Below are positions 19,901 to 29,112 of a DNA stretch of 64,000 nt, piece after piece. This DNA comes from Gemmatimonadota bacterium (lineage in GTDB: Bacteria > Gemmatimonadota > Gemmatimonadetes > Gemmatimonadales > Gemmatimonadaceae), in contig JAZJZK010000009.1 in the NCBI GenBank assembly GCA_040389905.1, positions 1-64,000 on the forward strand, written 5' to 3'. The position numbers and the translations under genes were made by a program. Each line of letters begins with the position of its first letter. Position 1 is the first letter of the stretch. A model generated the notes under the pieces. It ran no database searches. It was given only the letters and a program-made list of their open reading frames with translations, and was not told where the DNA came from.

Positions 19901-20156
19901 TCGGGCGCGTCTGGCCTGGCAACAGACGCGAACGAGCACCTACATCTCAGATCTCGCGCGTCTCGGCACCAGTCGGCTTGCGGACAATGGCCGCACATCG
20001 ATCAGCCTCAACGCAGACACCGATCTCAGTGAGACCTTGATCTTTACCCTGCAGGGCTCGCGCGTGGTGACGTACGACCGCAACTTCAACCGCACGGCCA
20101 CGCAGTATCTCATTTCGACGGTTTTCCAGATTCAATTCTTCGGCGACGCGAAGTAG
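13974..20156 (+). CDS. sprA: SprA/Sov-like giant outer-membrane beta-barrel (T9SS translocon homologue)
   Basis: 2060 aa with signal peptide; VRQGSERVVLDGRPL, DYRVDYDLGRVTF, YIESFEG, LDEEDIDLDGVLN, EMWVDDIRL resemble conserved SprA blocks; amphipathic beta-strand C-terminus. Confidence 0.82.
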   Translation: MVRVLRILAVIAAFARPLVVNAQTPVRPAPVPRVDSVRVDTLRPAAADSIRRVVMPKPPGTGDTLRKPLFGPNSDLSLDVRTRFEPKFEKRTDSQCANGVFFSAAICQEGFTNKIESQFSLRSEGTVAGRIHVNIDYDSKREFDASNTINLFYEGKPTDKLQRLEVGNVAFTLPSTQFLSSGVPSGNYGIQGIGQWGRFRFQGVAAQQKGNIVQDRNFIIGDRALQGAEREIKDNEIEPRRFFFTVDPLLFKGDYPNIDILDRSQLARIANTLPDTLRPQRVILYRVQFGTQPQNPNGPRFRLIGDPGQGRQTFDVLREGVDYYLDPSQLWFALVRPLNQSNERLVVAYTVRINGVETVYPSTGGTPDLQFVPAPADQRANLVFDPNVEPGSAAFRREIRSVYRVAGDELVRSTTRVRVVSGAGEQEKPAAGNSATFLQMFGLSQSTNPASFDIENRLWPRPTDPNYSAAAGGSAGLASAASLGASAGASASATGRIIRDHFIVFPSLQPFARKDSGLVVAGNPTNEAVYSTPGEYLYSTQHPATVYRIKVGYETETQAEVGTLMLGSVQVRQGSERVVLDGRPLVRDLDYRVDYDLGRVTFSRPDTLFNRQRTVTVRFEENPLFNLGATQTTLYGLMSTLSLKHGEINFMAINQTQATNFTRPQLGLEAGSSLLAGVNGAMSWELSPLTSLVNRLPFARGGVPSRLSIQGEFATSRPQANTDQQPYIESFEGDAGVPVSLSDQLWARSSQPADGHAALRRFGANPFDLRRASTIAFQSVGRSAAGGLVQVPRDSIDKNATFAGATSSFSSPEALLWLTLYPLRIGGRYDPVTRTGAWTVSNTLGGRRFGSIRTVLSPSGRDLSRVENLEFWTLVDTAAASRTTNPTLIFDLGDISENRIAFAPESLTVRSGAVADSLFRGKRFQGLDTLDTERDPISRAFNAAVNDRGLPGDVVDTLVVDNGSGVIRTFKTPMCTGISRELLRLGDSRANCTIGNNRLDEEDIDLDGVLNLPTIARDGEKLTRFIVDLGDKTRWVRFGGSFRQQIDSAGAIRTLQWVMVRVPFRTADDTLNAVLLRKVRALRVTMVSGATKGDDEFTQVPLARLKLTGPPWLKRNEQTLVGIAGEQPAGGYTQTSLISTADKGTTSADDYQSPPGVIEEADSRAAVFSTTTVEVNEHALRLQAGNLPVYGRAEAFYRFPNGQQSFMGYQQLRMWARGRRAGWGDNGELQMYVKLGRDANNFYLYRTTISGGAGQAAWNPEVIVDFNRFFALRQKLQNAYLQNLGDTLSCTGADVALVNASPVPVSVGQRRYVACDGGYMVYTVEPGAAPPNLAAVQEMAVGFVRLPTNGGAPSVIGPADSLEMWVDDIRLGKVLNKPGYAGQVSVALSASDIADVRVGFTRKDANFHQLTDQPSFVDDRLIDVIGTLHLEKLLPANLGLSVPLTVTHVSSASTPLYLSGTDVPGGGVPNLRAPSTGVTTYALSVRRTAPLGNPLLSALVDNLGLTSTYTTGDSRNEYQSGNNDRFALSLDYNVAAEARTARVPGILGVPLAILPGASGRGDTISAPTLFRWNPTVLRFSSGVVRGTDTRFSFLKPADALDDSARMSRSDQNLWRNSSSMELRPTNALSARWDFISLRDLRDYGDTSVASRALTDSRAKLFGANVGVERERSLLTSFAFAPQYSPWIRPRLDFGTQYGLLRDPNAGSHANLSFGNSLIETAPRRITVSQNLGGGVSIDVGKALMIYGADSSMARRLSKVFAPLDVTLNRSLLSAFDAASAGSPLGLQFGLGGVDAFRQANGQLAATTGLTQAFSASQSLLLPGNIALVNRYRRTTTRSWTRRLEAAQSVADGAQTIFPDASLRWNWTPPAIIQPFVKSLGANAGFARSFGTSFLPGDEFGQRPELRGSLVRTIPLNTSILWGFGRSLTTSAGYTLTTRADSLPGSVAEGRSEDMSLDIGRAFKFPKSLGFTVENDVRARLAWQQTRTSTYISDLARLGTSRLADNGRTSISLNADTDLSETLIFTLQGSRVVTYDRNFNRTATQYLISTVFQIQFFGDAK

Positions 20157-20191
20157 CGGCGCCTTCACGTTTCGATCAAGGTCCCTCGCTC

Positions 20192-21148
20192 GTGCGGATG
20201 TTACCCCTTCTCTGTATCGCAACGCTCGCCCTGAACGCCTGCGACAAGCTGCCCTTCTCGGGGCGTGCCAAGACCGCGTTCAACGCCGATTCGGCGTTCG
20301 CCTATACGCAGGCGCAGGTCGCCTTCGGACCACGCGTGCCGGGCAGCGCGGCCGCAACGAAGGCCGGCGACTGGATCGTCACAATGATGAAGCAGCGCGC
20401 GGATACCGTCATCGAGCAGCGCTGGAAGCACAAGACCGCCCAGGGCGACTCCATTCCGTTGCGCAACGTGCTCGCCCGCTTCAATCCCAAGGCGACACAG
20501 CGCGTGCTGTACGTCACGCACTGGGATTCTCGACCGAAAGCAGACAGCGATCCGGTGCTCGGAAATCGCAACGATCCAGTGCCCGGAGCGAACGACGGTG
20601 CCGCGGGCGTGGGGCTGTTCGTCGCGCTCGGGGATGCGCTCAAGAAGGTGCCGCCGACCGTCGGGGTGGACCTGTTGTTCGTCGACGGCGAGGACTACGG
20701 ATCCGATTGGAATCCGCCGTACACCGACGTTCTCCTCGGGTCGCAGTATTTCGTGAATAACCTCCCCTCCGCGGACTACAAGCCCATGTTCGGCGTGCTC
20801 TGGGACATGATCGCCGACACCGACCTCAATATCCTGCAGGAACCAAAGTCGATCGAGGCGGCGCCGGAAGTCGTGACCAAGGTGTGGCAGAAGGCCGAGG
20901 AGTTCGGCTACTCCGATTACTTCCTGCGAAGTGCGTATTCGACGCCCATTACGGACGATCATGTGCCCTTCATCGAGAAGGGGTTTCGCATGATCGACGT
21001 CATCGACCTGGACTACGGCCCGCGCGGCCCCATGGGTTCCGCGAGCCCGAACTATCATCACACGCTCGGCGACACGATGGAGCACATTTCGAAGAAGAGT
21101 CTTCAGATCGTTGGCGACGTCGCCTTGGGCCTGTTGATCGAGAAATAG
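20192..21148 (+). CDS. M28 family zinc lipoprotein, glutaminyl-peptide cyclotransferase-like
   Basis: Lipobox LNA-C; QVAFGPRVPGS, HWDSR, GANDGAAG, DGEDYG, WDMI, DDHVPF, HHTLGDT motifs. Confidence 0.85.
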   Translation: MRMLPLLCIATLALNACDKLPFSGRAKTAFNADSAFAYTQAQVAFGPRVPGSAAATKAGDWIVTMMKQRADTVIEQRWKHKTAQGDSIPLRNVLARFNPKATQRVLYVTHWDSRPKADSDPVLGNRNDPVPGANDGAAGVGLFVALGDALKKVPPTVGVDLLFVDGEDYGSDWNPPYTDVLLGSQYFVNNLPSADYKPMFGVLWDMIADTDLNILQEPKSIEAAPEVVTKVWQKAEEFGYSDYFLRSAYSTPITDDHVPFIEKGFRMIDVIDLDYGPRGPMGSASPNYHHTLGDTMEHISKKSLQIVGDVALGLLIEK

Positions 21149-21221
21149 CGCTGCGGTGAAAGGATCCGTCGTGCAATGAAACGGTGACGCGTTTTGGTTG
21201 GCATAAAGACACCTTGTGTCC

Positions 21222-21845
21222 ATGCCAACATCATCCGAACAGAAGGCCCTCGCCTTCATCGCCATCGTTGTTCTCCTCGGCGGAGCCGTTCGCGTGCTCC
21301 GCGCCGGCTCTGCACCATCGACAGCGGACGAGCAGCAGGCGCTCGCACGGCAGTCGTCATCAGTCGACAGCGTCGCGCGCACGTCGCGAGGGAAAAAGTC
21401 GCCGAAGCGTCGAACCTCTGCGAGCCGCTCGGACACGCTTCCTCATGTCGTGGCTGGGGTCGCGAGTGTTCCGCCAACGTACGCGAGACCCGGGCAACCG
21501 TTCTCGCACTCGCCCTTCGGATATCCGCCACCCAGTCCGCGCATTGTCGTCGACCAACTCGGCGCGCACGCGGTCGATGAACAAGAGGCGCCACGCAAGG
21601 GGCGAAACGCAAAGCCCATGGGGGTCATTGATATCGAGGCGGCCTCCGCAAACGAAATCGAGCAACTGCCGAAGATCGGACCGGCGCTCGCCAAGCGCAT
21701 CGTGGCCAATCGCGACTCACTTGGAAGGTTTGGCTCGATTACGGGACTGAAGCGTGTCAAGGGAGTGAGCAAGGCGACGCTGGACGCGATTGCGCCGTTC
21801 ATTTCATTCGGCGGGAGGCGCCCTGAATTGCCGATCAATCACTGA
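21222..21845 (+). CDS. comEA: ComEA-like helix-hairpin-helix DNA-binding protein
   Basis: N-terminal TM; IDIEAASANEIEQLPKIGPALAKRIV...GRFGSITGLKRVKGV. Confidence 0.85.
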   Translation: MPTSSEQKALAFIAIVVLLGGAVRVLRAGSAPSTADEQQALARQSSSVDSVARTSRGKKSPKRRTSASRSDTLPHVVAGVASVPPTYARPGQPFSHSPFGYPPPSPRIVVDQLGAHAVDEQEAPRKGRNAKPMGVIDIEAASANEIEQLPKIGPALAKRIVANRDSLGRFGSITGLKRVKGVSKATLDAIAPFISFGGRRPELPINH

Positions 21846-21887
21846 TCCAACCGAGCGCGGCCCTGATCGTGCACTTAGGGACGTGTC

Positions 21888-22355
21888 ATGCCGCTTCCCG
21901 CCGTATCTCAGTCCTACCTCGTCGTCCAAATCGGCGACACACAAATCGGCCTTCAAGCTGATCGTGTTCGGGAGATCGTGCGTGCTGTCGCGATCTCCCC
22001 CGCGCATGGTTCGCCGAGTGTAATCGAGGGGGTGATCAATCTGCATGGGCAGATTGTGCCGGTGGTTGACGTTCGTCAGCGGCTGGCGCTGGATCCAGCG
22101 CTGATCAGTCCGGCGCAATTTCTGGTCGTCATGGCCGTCCTGGACCGTACGATTGCCCTCCGCGTCGACGACGTGGAGGACATCGTCGAACTCTCAGACG
22201 TTCTTGCCGAGCCTGCCTTGTTGTCTCCGGTGTTGCAGCGGTTGGCGGGGGTGGCTGCTGCGGAGCATGGCGTGCTGATGATCTACGATGTGGATTCCTT
22301 TCTTACGCAGACGGAGCGTGACGCGCTCGACGCGGCCGCAACCGTGCATGGGTGA
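21888..22355 (+). CDS. cheW: CheW (WspB-like)
   Basis: VREIVRAV, IEGVINLHGQIVPVVDVRQRL, IALRVDDV. Confidence 0.9.
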   Translation: MPLPAVSQSYLVVQIGDTQIGLQADRVREIVRAVAISPAHGSPSVIEGVINLHGQIVPVVDVRQRLALDPALISPAQFLVVMAVLDRTIALRVDDVEDIVELSDVLAEPALLSPVLQRLAGVAAAEHGVLMIYDVDSFLTQTERDALDAAATVHG

Positions 22356-23905
22356 AGACACTCACTGAACGTCGCGCTATTTCGCGTGAGCCTGCCACCG
22401 GTTTCAGCGATCCGCAGTTCGCACGCATAGCGCAACTGGCGCACTTGCATGCGGGGCTGGTGTTTCCGGCGAACCGGCAGCCAGGTGCGGAAGCGGGAAT
22501 GCGGCGCGCGATGGCATCGCTTCGAATTTCGGATCCGGCCGCGCTCTACAGTGCGGTCCAGCGTCCGGGGGAAGCCCGTGACGTGGTTTTCGCGGAGCTC
22601 ACCGTGGGCGAGAGCTACTTCTTTCGCGATGCGGCGCAGCTCGAGATCCTGGCGTCGGAGGTCCTTCCTTCGCGCGTCAGCACTCGGGGTGCGGAGCGGC
22701 CGCTGAACGTTTGGAGTGCGGGCTGCGCCTCGGGAGAAGAGCCGTACACGCTCGCGATCCTGCTGCGTGAGAGCGGTTGGCCGCATCCGGCGAAGATTCT
22801 CGCGACCGATCTCGCGCTGCCTCGATTGGCGGCGGCGCGGCGCGGGCGCTATACGCGGTGGGCGCTGCGCGGAGTGTCGGAACCTCGCATCGAACGGTGG
22901 TTCCGGCGTAATGGCACGTCGTTCGACGTCGAAGGCGACGTGCGTGCGTCAGTGGAATTCGAGCCGCTGAATCTCGTCTCGGATATCTATCCTGGCGGGG
23001 CTTCAGGCGGATCGGGCTTCGACCTGATTCTCTGTCGCAACGTGATGATTTACTTCGATCTTCCGACGGTCGCCTCGATTGCCGAGAGACTCCTCGACGC
23101 CCTGGATGAGGATGGCTGGCTCGTACTGGGCGCGTCGGATCCCCCGCTCGCGCATCTCGTCGAGTGTACGTCGGTGCTCACGTCGGCCGGCGTGGCGTAT
23201 CGCCGGGCGGGCGCGAGCGGCACCGTGCCGCGTTCGATCGTACCGGCGCAGCGCGTCGTTTCGTGGTACGACGAAGTCCAACCACTCGCAGATCTCCGCC
23301 CGCGCCCGGTAGCGCAGGTCGAAGCGCGAAACGAGTACGCCGCGCCCGTGCCAGAACGGGTGCCGCCAACGGCGCCAATCGAGGTGCGGCAGCACGTGTT
23401 CCGCGACATCGAATTGGCGTATCAGCACGCCGACTATCCGGGGGTCGAGCGAATGGCGCTTGTCCTGCTCGTCAACCTTGATGCTCAGCCTGTTCAGCAT
23501 GCCTTGTGGGTCCTGTACATCCGAGCCGTCGCGAACCAGGGGCGACTCATCGAGGCTGGAGAACTGTGCACGCGCGCGCTCGAGCTACACACGCTTTCGC
23601 CTGAGTTGCACTATCTGCACGCGATGTTGTTGGCGGAGGCGGGTTGGCATCTGGACGCGGCGGCGGCCGCGCGACGCGCCATCTATCTCGATCGCCATTT
23701 CGCAATGGCGCATCTCGCACTTGGTGACGCGCTGTACCGAGCGGGAGACGAGCGAGGAGCACGTCTCGCGTTCGAGAACGTGCTGGCGGCACTGGCTGAC
23801 AGTCCGCCAGGGGCCTCGGCGATCGCCGCGGACGGCGTTCCCGTGAGCCGACTGCGACAGATTGCCTCGGCGCGTCTTGCGAGCGACCTCGGTGACGGCA
23901 AATGA
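22352..23905 (+). CDS. cheR: CheR methyltransferase with C-terminal TPR (WspC-like)
   Basis: LTVGESYFFRD, VWSAGCASGEEPY, FDLILCRNVMIYFD; TPR ARRAIYLDRHFAMAHLALG. Confidence 0.93.
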   Translation: MKTLTERRAISREPATGFSDPQFARIAQLAHLHAGLVFPANRQPGAEAGMRRAMASLRISDPAALYSAVQRPGEARDVVFAELTVGESYFFRDAAQLEILASEVLPSRVSTRGAERPLNVWSAGCASGEEPYTLAILLRESGWPHPAKILATDLALPRLAAARRGRYTRWALRGVSEPRIERWFRRNGTSFDVEGDVRASVEFEPLNLVSDIYPGGASGGSGFDLILCRNVMIYFDLPTVASIAERLLDALDEDGWLVLGASDPPLAHLVECTSVLTSAGVAYRRAGASGTVPRSIVPAQRVVSWYDEVQPLADLRPRPVAQVEARNEYAAPVPERVPPTAPIEVRQHVFRDIELAYQHADYPGVERMALVLLVNLDAQPVQHALWVLYIRAVANQGRLIEAGELCTRALELHTLSPELHYLHAMLLAEAGWHLDAAAAARRAIYLDRHFAMAHLALGDALYRAGDERGARLAFENVLAALADSPPGASAIAADGVPVSRLRQIASARLASDLGDGK

Positions 23906-24402
23906 AGTCAGCGGAACATTCGACGTCAGTGCTCGACGCGCGGGCGCGGGCGCTGGCGAAGCCAAGGGCGACGCTGGACGATGCGTACTCGGCCGATCGA
24001 TTGGAGTTGTTGCTATTCGGTGTGAGCGACGAGCGGCTGGCCATTCCACTCGCAGCGATCGTCGCGATCACTCGCGTCACGTCGGTGACGCCTTTGCCAC
24101 GTGCCGTGCCACCGGTGTTCGGAGTTACCGCATGGCGTGGACGCCCGATCACCGTACTCTCGCTCGCGGCGATACCCGCCGCAGCAACGGACAAGAGACG
24201 CCTGATCGTACTGGGCGACGGCCGCCGTGCCGTGCTCGGTGTTCTCGCCGATGAGGTAGAGGATACGCGCAACATCACACGCTCGGGGCTGTCGCCGGCG
24301 CCGGGTGATGCGCGGTACGCCAGGACCCTTGGCATGACGGACGACGCTGTGCTCGTGCTCGATGCGGATGCCTTGATGAACGCGACTCGCAACGAGCCGT
24401 GA
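23902..24402 (+). CDS. cheW: CheW (WspD-like)
   Basis: LDARARALAKP N-terminus, VTPLPRAVPPVFGVTAWRG, LGVLADEV. Confidence 0.88.
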   Translation: MKSAEHSTSVLDARARALAKPRATLDDAYSADRLELLLFGVSDERLAIPLAAIVAITRVTSVTPLPRAVPPVFGVTAWRGRPITVLSLAAIPAAATDKRRLIVLGDGRRAVLGVLADEVEDTRNITRSGLSPAPGDARYARTLGMTDDAVLVLDADALMNATRNEP

Positions 24403-24429
24403 CGCTTCTTTCTTTCGGATGAGGTACTG

Positions 24430-25890
24430 ATGACGTGGACAGTTGGCCGGCGCATTGCGCTGGCGCTGGCACTCGAGCTGGTGCTCCTGGCGGTGGTCGC
24501 ACTCGTCGGAGCGAGCAACCTTGGCAAGACGACGACGACGTATGAAGGCGTGCTCGCGGTCCGGCGGACGACGGTCGTACCGGCACTTCGCGCCGAGACG
24601 GACGTCAAGGCCGCCAACGTCAACCAACTCCGCTTCATGCTGACGGCGGAGCCGGTCTACGAGCGCCGGCGGGACAGTCTTGTCGCGACGGCCCACGCCA
24701 TCATCGCGCAGGTGCGGGATACAGTCAGCGTGCAGGCCGAGCAGGAGCGGTGGGTGCAGGCGGCGTCCCTCCTTGGCAAGTGGACCGAAGCCGTGCGCGC
24801 GGTCGCTGCCGCAACGAAAGCTGGAAACGCCACCGAGGTATTGCGAATTCGTTCGACGGTGATGGAGCCAGTCGGCAGCGCGCTCGATTCGCTCATACGA
24901 TTGAACGCCATCGACGCTGTTCGACGTGCGGACGACGGGGCAACGAACGGAAAACAAACCGCCGACAGCGCGCGCGCGACGGTCGTCGGAACTGCCCTGC
25001 TCGCGATCATCATCGGTATCGTGGGCGCGTACTACTTGAGCCGGTCGATCACACGGCCGTTACAGGAGACCGCAAACGTCATTGCGGCGAGTAGCGCGGA
25101 GATCCTCTCCGCGACGACGGAGCAAGCCGCGGGAACGAATGAGTCGATGGCCGCGGTCACGGAGACCGTTGCGACCGTCGACGAGGTCGCGCAGACCGCA
25201 ACGCAATCCGCGCAGCGTGCGCGCGCCGTCGCCGACGCCGCGCAGCGTGCCGCAGAGGGAGGTCGGGCGGGCCGTCAGGCCGTCGACGACGCCGTCTCGG
25301 CGATGCGGCTCGTTCAGTCGCAGGTCGAGAACATGGCCCACGGAATCGTCGCGCTCGCCGAACAGGCTCAAGCGATCGGCGACATCACGTCGGCGGTCAG
25401 CGACATCGCGGAACAAACAAAGCTGCTCGCCCTGAACGCTGCCGTCGAAGCCACACGCGCAGGAGAGCACGGCCGAGGCTTCGCGCTCGTGGCGGCGGAG
25501 ATCAAGACGTTGGCCGGCGAGGCGAAGGAGTCGACGGTCCAGGTGCGCAAGCTGCTCGGAGACATCCAGCGCTCGACGAGTGCCGCCGTCATGGCGACCG
25601 AGCAGGGGACCAAGCAGTCCGCCGCCGCGGTGCGCCAGGTCAACCAGGCGGGCGAAGTGATTACGCAGCTGGCCATGGTGGTCGAGGAGGCAGCGCAGGC
25701 CGCAGCACAGATCGTAGCCTCGGCGGGGCAGCAGGCATTGGGAATGGATCAGATTCGTCAGGCCATTGCCAACATTCACGACGCAACGCAGCAGAGCCTG
25801 ACTGCCACGCGGCAGTCCGAGACGGCCGCGCAGAACTTGAATGAGCTGGGGTCGCATCTCGTCGGCATGGTTGGCGCTCGCAGTGGCTGA
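24430..25890 (+). CDS. Methyl-accepting chemotaxis protein (WspA-like)
   Basis: Two TM helices around a helical periplasmic domain; [30 protein letters not shown] signalling tip. Confidence 0.95.
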   Translation: MTWTVGRRIALALALELVLLAVVALVGASNLGKTTTTYEGVLAVRRTTVVPALRAETDVKAANVNQLRFMLTAEPVYERRRDSLVATAHAIIAQVRDTVSVQAEQERWVQAASLLGKWTEAVRAVAAATKAGNATEVLRIRSTVMEPVGSALDSLIRLNAIDAVRRADDGATNGKQTADSARATVVGTALLAIIIGIVGAYYLSRSITRPLQETANVIAASSAEILSATTEQAAGTNESMAAVTETVATVDEVAQTATQSAQRARAVADAAQRAAEGGRAGRQAVDDAVSAMRLVQSQVENMAHGIVALAEQAQAIGDITSAVSDIAEQTKLLALNAAVEATRAGEHGRGFALVAAEIKTLAGEAKESTVQVRKLLGDIQRSTSAAVMATEQGTKQSAAAVRQVNQAGEVITQLAMVVEEAAQAAAQIVASAGQQALGMDQIRQAIANIHDATQQSLTATRQSETAAQNLNELGSHLVGMVGARSG

Positions 25891-28039
25891 CGACGCGCTT
25901 GCCGCGAGGCTGCTCGCGATCTTCATCGACGAGCTCGACGAGCAGGTGCAGCAGCTCAACGTCGACATGCTCGCGCTCGAGAGAAATCCCGCAGACGCCG
26001 AGCGGCTCCGCGGCGTATTTCGCGTCATGCATACGCTCAAGGGCGCATCGCGCGCCGCCGGGCTCCCAGCCGTTGAGGAGCTGTGTCATGTCGTCGAAAC
26101 AGAGTTGAGCGGAATTCGCGGTGGTGTCGGTGCGATCGACGGCACCCAGATCGCTCTGCTATTCAAAGTGGCGGATGCGCTCGAGGAAACGAGAAACGAC
26201 CTGCGCGCCGGGCTCCCAACGCCTGATGCCACGCTCGCCGCGGTGCTGCACATGGCTCGAGGTCGCGGGCTTTCGGCCCCGCTCGTCCGCGCTCCCGCGA
26301 AACCAACGACGCCATCGCCTCAACCCGCGGTCATGGCCGCTCCGACGGCCCCGACGGTTGAGGAGAGCGCGCGCGCGACGGGACAGATCCGCGTGAGTCT
26401 CCATCAGGTCGACGCGATTGCCGGCGCTGCGGGAGAGATCGCGGGGCTTGCGACAACGTTGAGTGACCGCGCAGCAGACGTCGCCGCGCTGCGCAGTCGG
26501 CGCCGCCATCTCCGAGGTGGTGCGCCAGACGGCGGTCTCGATCGCGAACTGACACAATTGCTTCGCTGCGCGAACGAGGACGCGCGCGCCTTGGCCGCAC
26601 TGTCTGGCCGGCTCGGAGCGTCCGCGCGTCATCTTCGACAACGCCCGCTCGGGGAGATCACCGAGACACTCCCGCGTGCGGCCCGCGATGTGGCGACGGT
26701 CGTGGAAAAGCAGGTCCGCGTCACGCTGGTCGGCGGGGAAATCGAAGCGGATCGCGCGGTACTGGAAGCGCTACGCGAGCCTCTGCTGCATATCGTGCGC
26801 AACGCCATCGATCATGGAATCGAGCGGCCAGAAGAACGCGTGACCGCCGGCAAGCCTGCCGAAGGTGAAGTGCGCATCGAGGGGTCACTGCGCGGTGACC
26901 GACTCCGGCTCGCGGTCTCGGATGACGGACACGGTCTCGACCTCGATGCCGTGCGCCGCGGCATCCAGCGCCGCGGTCGCTCCGCGTCCATCGACCAGGA
27001 CGCGCTGGCACTCGCGATTTTCGACGACGGCTTCTCGACTCGCGATACCGCGACGACGATTTCCGGTCGCGGCGTTGGTCTCGCCATCGTGCGTGCGGCA
27101 GCCGAACGAATGGGAGGTACTGCAAGTGTAACGTCGCACGCGGGCGTCGGAACAACGATTACGCTCGATGTTCCCGTGAGCGTCGCGACGATGCGCGTCG
27201 TACTCGTTGACGTGGGTGGCGTGCTCCTCGGCATTCCGAGCACGTTTGTGGTGCGTGCTGCTCGCGCGGACCCACGGAAACTCGCTCGCGCGGACGGACG
27301 CGCCATGCTCGTCACGAAGCAGGCACCGATCGCCGTCGTGAGCCTGGCGGCACTGCTCGGAGCGCCATTTGCCGAGCCCGCACCAGCTGCGATGATCCAG
27401 CTCGTCATTCTCGAGAACAGTGGACGCACCCTTGCGATCGTCGTAGACGACCTGATCGACGAGCGTGAGTTGGTATTGCGACCGTTGGAGCATGCGGGTC
27501 CGGCGGCGACCGAATCGATCGTGGGGACGGCGCTCCTGAGCACCGGCGCCGTGACGCTGGTCCTCAACGTCCCCGCACTCGTCGCCGAGGGTCAAGGCAG
27601 GTCGTCGGCGATCGCCGGGATGGCCGATGAAGAGGGCGTCCGCACGCGCGCTCCGTCGCGGGTGCTCGTGGTGGACGATTCGATCACCTCGCGCACGCTT
27701 GAACAAAGCGTCCTGTCGGCGGCGGGCTACGAGGTGATCACGGCCGTCGACGGCGCGGAAGCCTGGCGCATGCTCGAGCGCCAGACTGTTGCGCTCGTCG
27801 TGAGTGATGTGGAGATGCCGCACCTCGATGGGTTCGGGCTCTGCGAGCGGATTCGCGCCAATCCGCGAACGGCTTCGCTCCCGGTGATTCTCGTGACGTC
27901 GCTCGACGAGCCAGCGCAACGCGCACGCGGGCTCGAGGCCGGTGCGGATGCGTACATCACCAAGTCCAGCTTCGACCAGGATACCCTGCTCGACACCGTG
28001 CGCATGCTGATCGGTCGCGCTGCGGGGCAGTCCAGGTGA
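25883..28039 (+). CDS. cheA: Hybrid CheA (Hpt-HATPase-CheW-REC; WspE-like)
   Basis: [32 protein letters not shown]-terminal [11 protein letters not shown]...SDVEMP. Confidence 0.95.
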   Translation: MADDALAARLLAIFIDELDEQVQQLNVDMLALERNPADAERLRGVFRVMHTLKGASRAAGLPAVEELCHVVETELSGIRGGVGAIDGTQIALLFKVADALEETRNDLRAGLPTPDATLAAVLHMARGRGLSAPLVRAPAKPTTPSPQPAVMAAPTAPTVEESARATGQIRVSLHQVDAIAGAAGEIAGLATTLSDRAADVAALRSRRRHLRGGAPDGGLDRELTQLLRCANEDARALAALSGRLGASARHLRQRPLGEITETLPRAARDVATVVEKQVRVTLVGGEIEADRAVLEALREPLLHIVRNAIDHGIERPEERVTAGKPAEGEVRIEGSLRGDRLRLAVSDDGHGLDLDAVRRGIQRRGRSASIDQDALALAIFDDGFSTRDTATTISGRGVGLAIVRAAAERMGGTASVTSHAGVGTTITLDVPVSVATMRVVLVDVGGVLLGIPSTFVVRAARADPRKLARADGRAMLVTKQAPIAVVSLAALLGAPFAEPAPAAMIQLVILENSGRTLAIVVDDLIDERELVLRPLEHAGPAATESIVGTALLSTGAVTLVLNVPALVAEGQGRSSAIAGMADEEGVRTRAPSRVLVVDDSITSRTLEQSVLSAAGYEVITAVDGAEAWRMLERQTVALVVSDVEMPHLDGFGLCERIRANPRTASLPVILVTSLDEPAQRARGLEAGADAYITKSSFDQDTLLDTVRMLIGRAAGQSR

Positions 28040-29112
28040 TCCGCGTCCTCGTCGCCGACGATTCGCCGACCGCGCGCGCACTGCTCGTCGCTCTGTTGTC
28101 CAGCGAGGCAGATATCAGGGTGGTTGGCGAAGCGAAGAACGGACAGGAAGCCGTGACGATGGCGGAGTCACTCGCGCCGGACCTCATTACGATGGACGTC
28201 CAGATGCCGGTGATGGATGGGCTCGAGGCGACGAAACAAATCATGATGCGCTCGCCGCGCCCGATCATCATCATCTCCAGCACCGCGCGCGACGACGAAG
28301 TACAACTGTCGCTGGAGGCGACGCGCAGTGGCGCCCTGATGGTCCTCCCGAAGCCCGAGGGGCCGAGTTCGCCCGGCTATGCCTTCGATCGACGGCAAAT
28401 CGTGAGCATGACGCGCGCGATGTCTCAGGTGAAGGTGGTGCGACGGCACGGCGCCGTATCATCGGCGCCAATTCCGACGCCGGCGTCGAGGCCGGCGTAC
28501 AGGCCACCAGCGCCGTCGCGAACCACGGGACAGACAGAATCCGTTCGGCTCGTCGCAATCGCCGCATCGACCGGAGGTCCTGCCGCCATCCGGACGATTC
28601 TCGCCGACCTTCCTCGCTCCTTTCCGGTGCCGATCCTGCTCGTGCAGCACATCGCGCACGGATTCACGAGTGGACTCGCCAAGTGGCTCGCAGGCGACAC
28701 GCCGCTCCGCGTAAAGATCGCCGAGCTCGGCGAGCCTGCGCTGGAGGGAACCGTGTTCATCGCGCCCGATGAGCTCCACCTCGGGTGTCGCATGGACACG
28801 GCGGGCATGATTCGCATCACGCTCGACAGCGCGCCACCCGACGGTGCGTTTCGCCCCTCCGCCTCGTATCTCTTTCGATCCGTTGCGGAAACACTGGGAC
28901 CATCGAGTCTCTCCCTCATCCTGACCGGCATGGGAGACGACGGTGTGTCGGGGCTGCGCGCGGTCAAGGTGGCGGGCGGTCGCATCTGGGCGCAGGACGA
29001 AGCATCGTCCGTGATCTACGGCATGCCACGCGAAGCGGTGCGTGCTGGTGTCGTGGACTCGGTGATCAGCCTCGGCAGCGTTGCGCGGCGCTTGAGGGAG
29101 GTCGTGTCATGA
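28036..29112 (+). CDS. cheB: CheB methylesterase response regulator (WspF-like)
   Basis: REC (ADDS, MDVQMP) plus ASTGGP, VQHI, LTGMGDDG catalytic triad. Confidence 0.95.
   Translation: MIRVLVADDSPTARALLVALLSSEADIRVVGEAKNGQEAVTMAESLAPDLITMDVQMPVMDGLEATKQIMMRSPRPIIIISSTARDDEVQLSLEATRSGALMVLPKPEGPSSPGYAFDRRQIVSMTRAMSQVKVVRRHGAVSSAPIPTPASRPAYRPPAPSRTTGQTESVRLVAIAASTGGPAAIRTILADLPRSFPVPILLVQHIAHGFTSGLAKWLAGDTPLRVKIAELGEPALEGTVFIAPDELHLGCRMDTAGMIRITLDSAPPDGAFRPSASYLFRSVAETLGPSSLSLILTGMGDDGVSGLRAVKVAGGRIWAQDEASSVIYGMPREAVRAGVVDSVISLGSVARRLREVVS

Noticed and set aside
20201..21436. 411-aa minus-strand ORF, and similar long antisense ORFs over cheA, pilT and the hybrid kinase
   Set aside because: Mirror frames of strongly biased coding sequence
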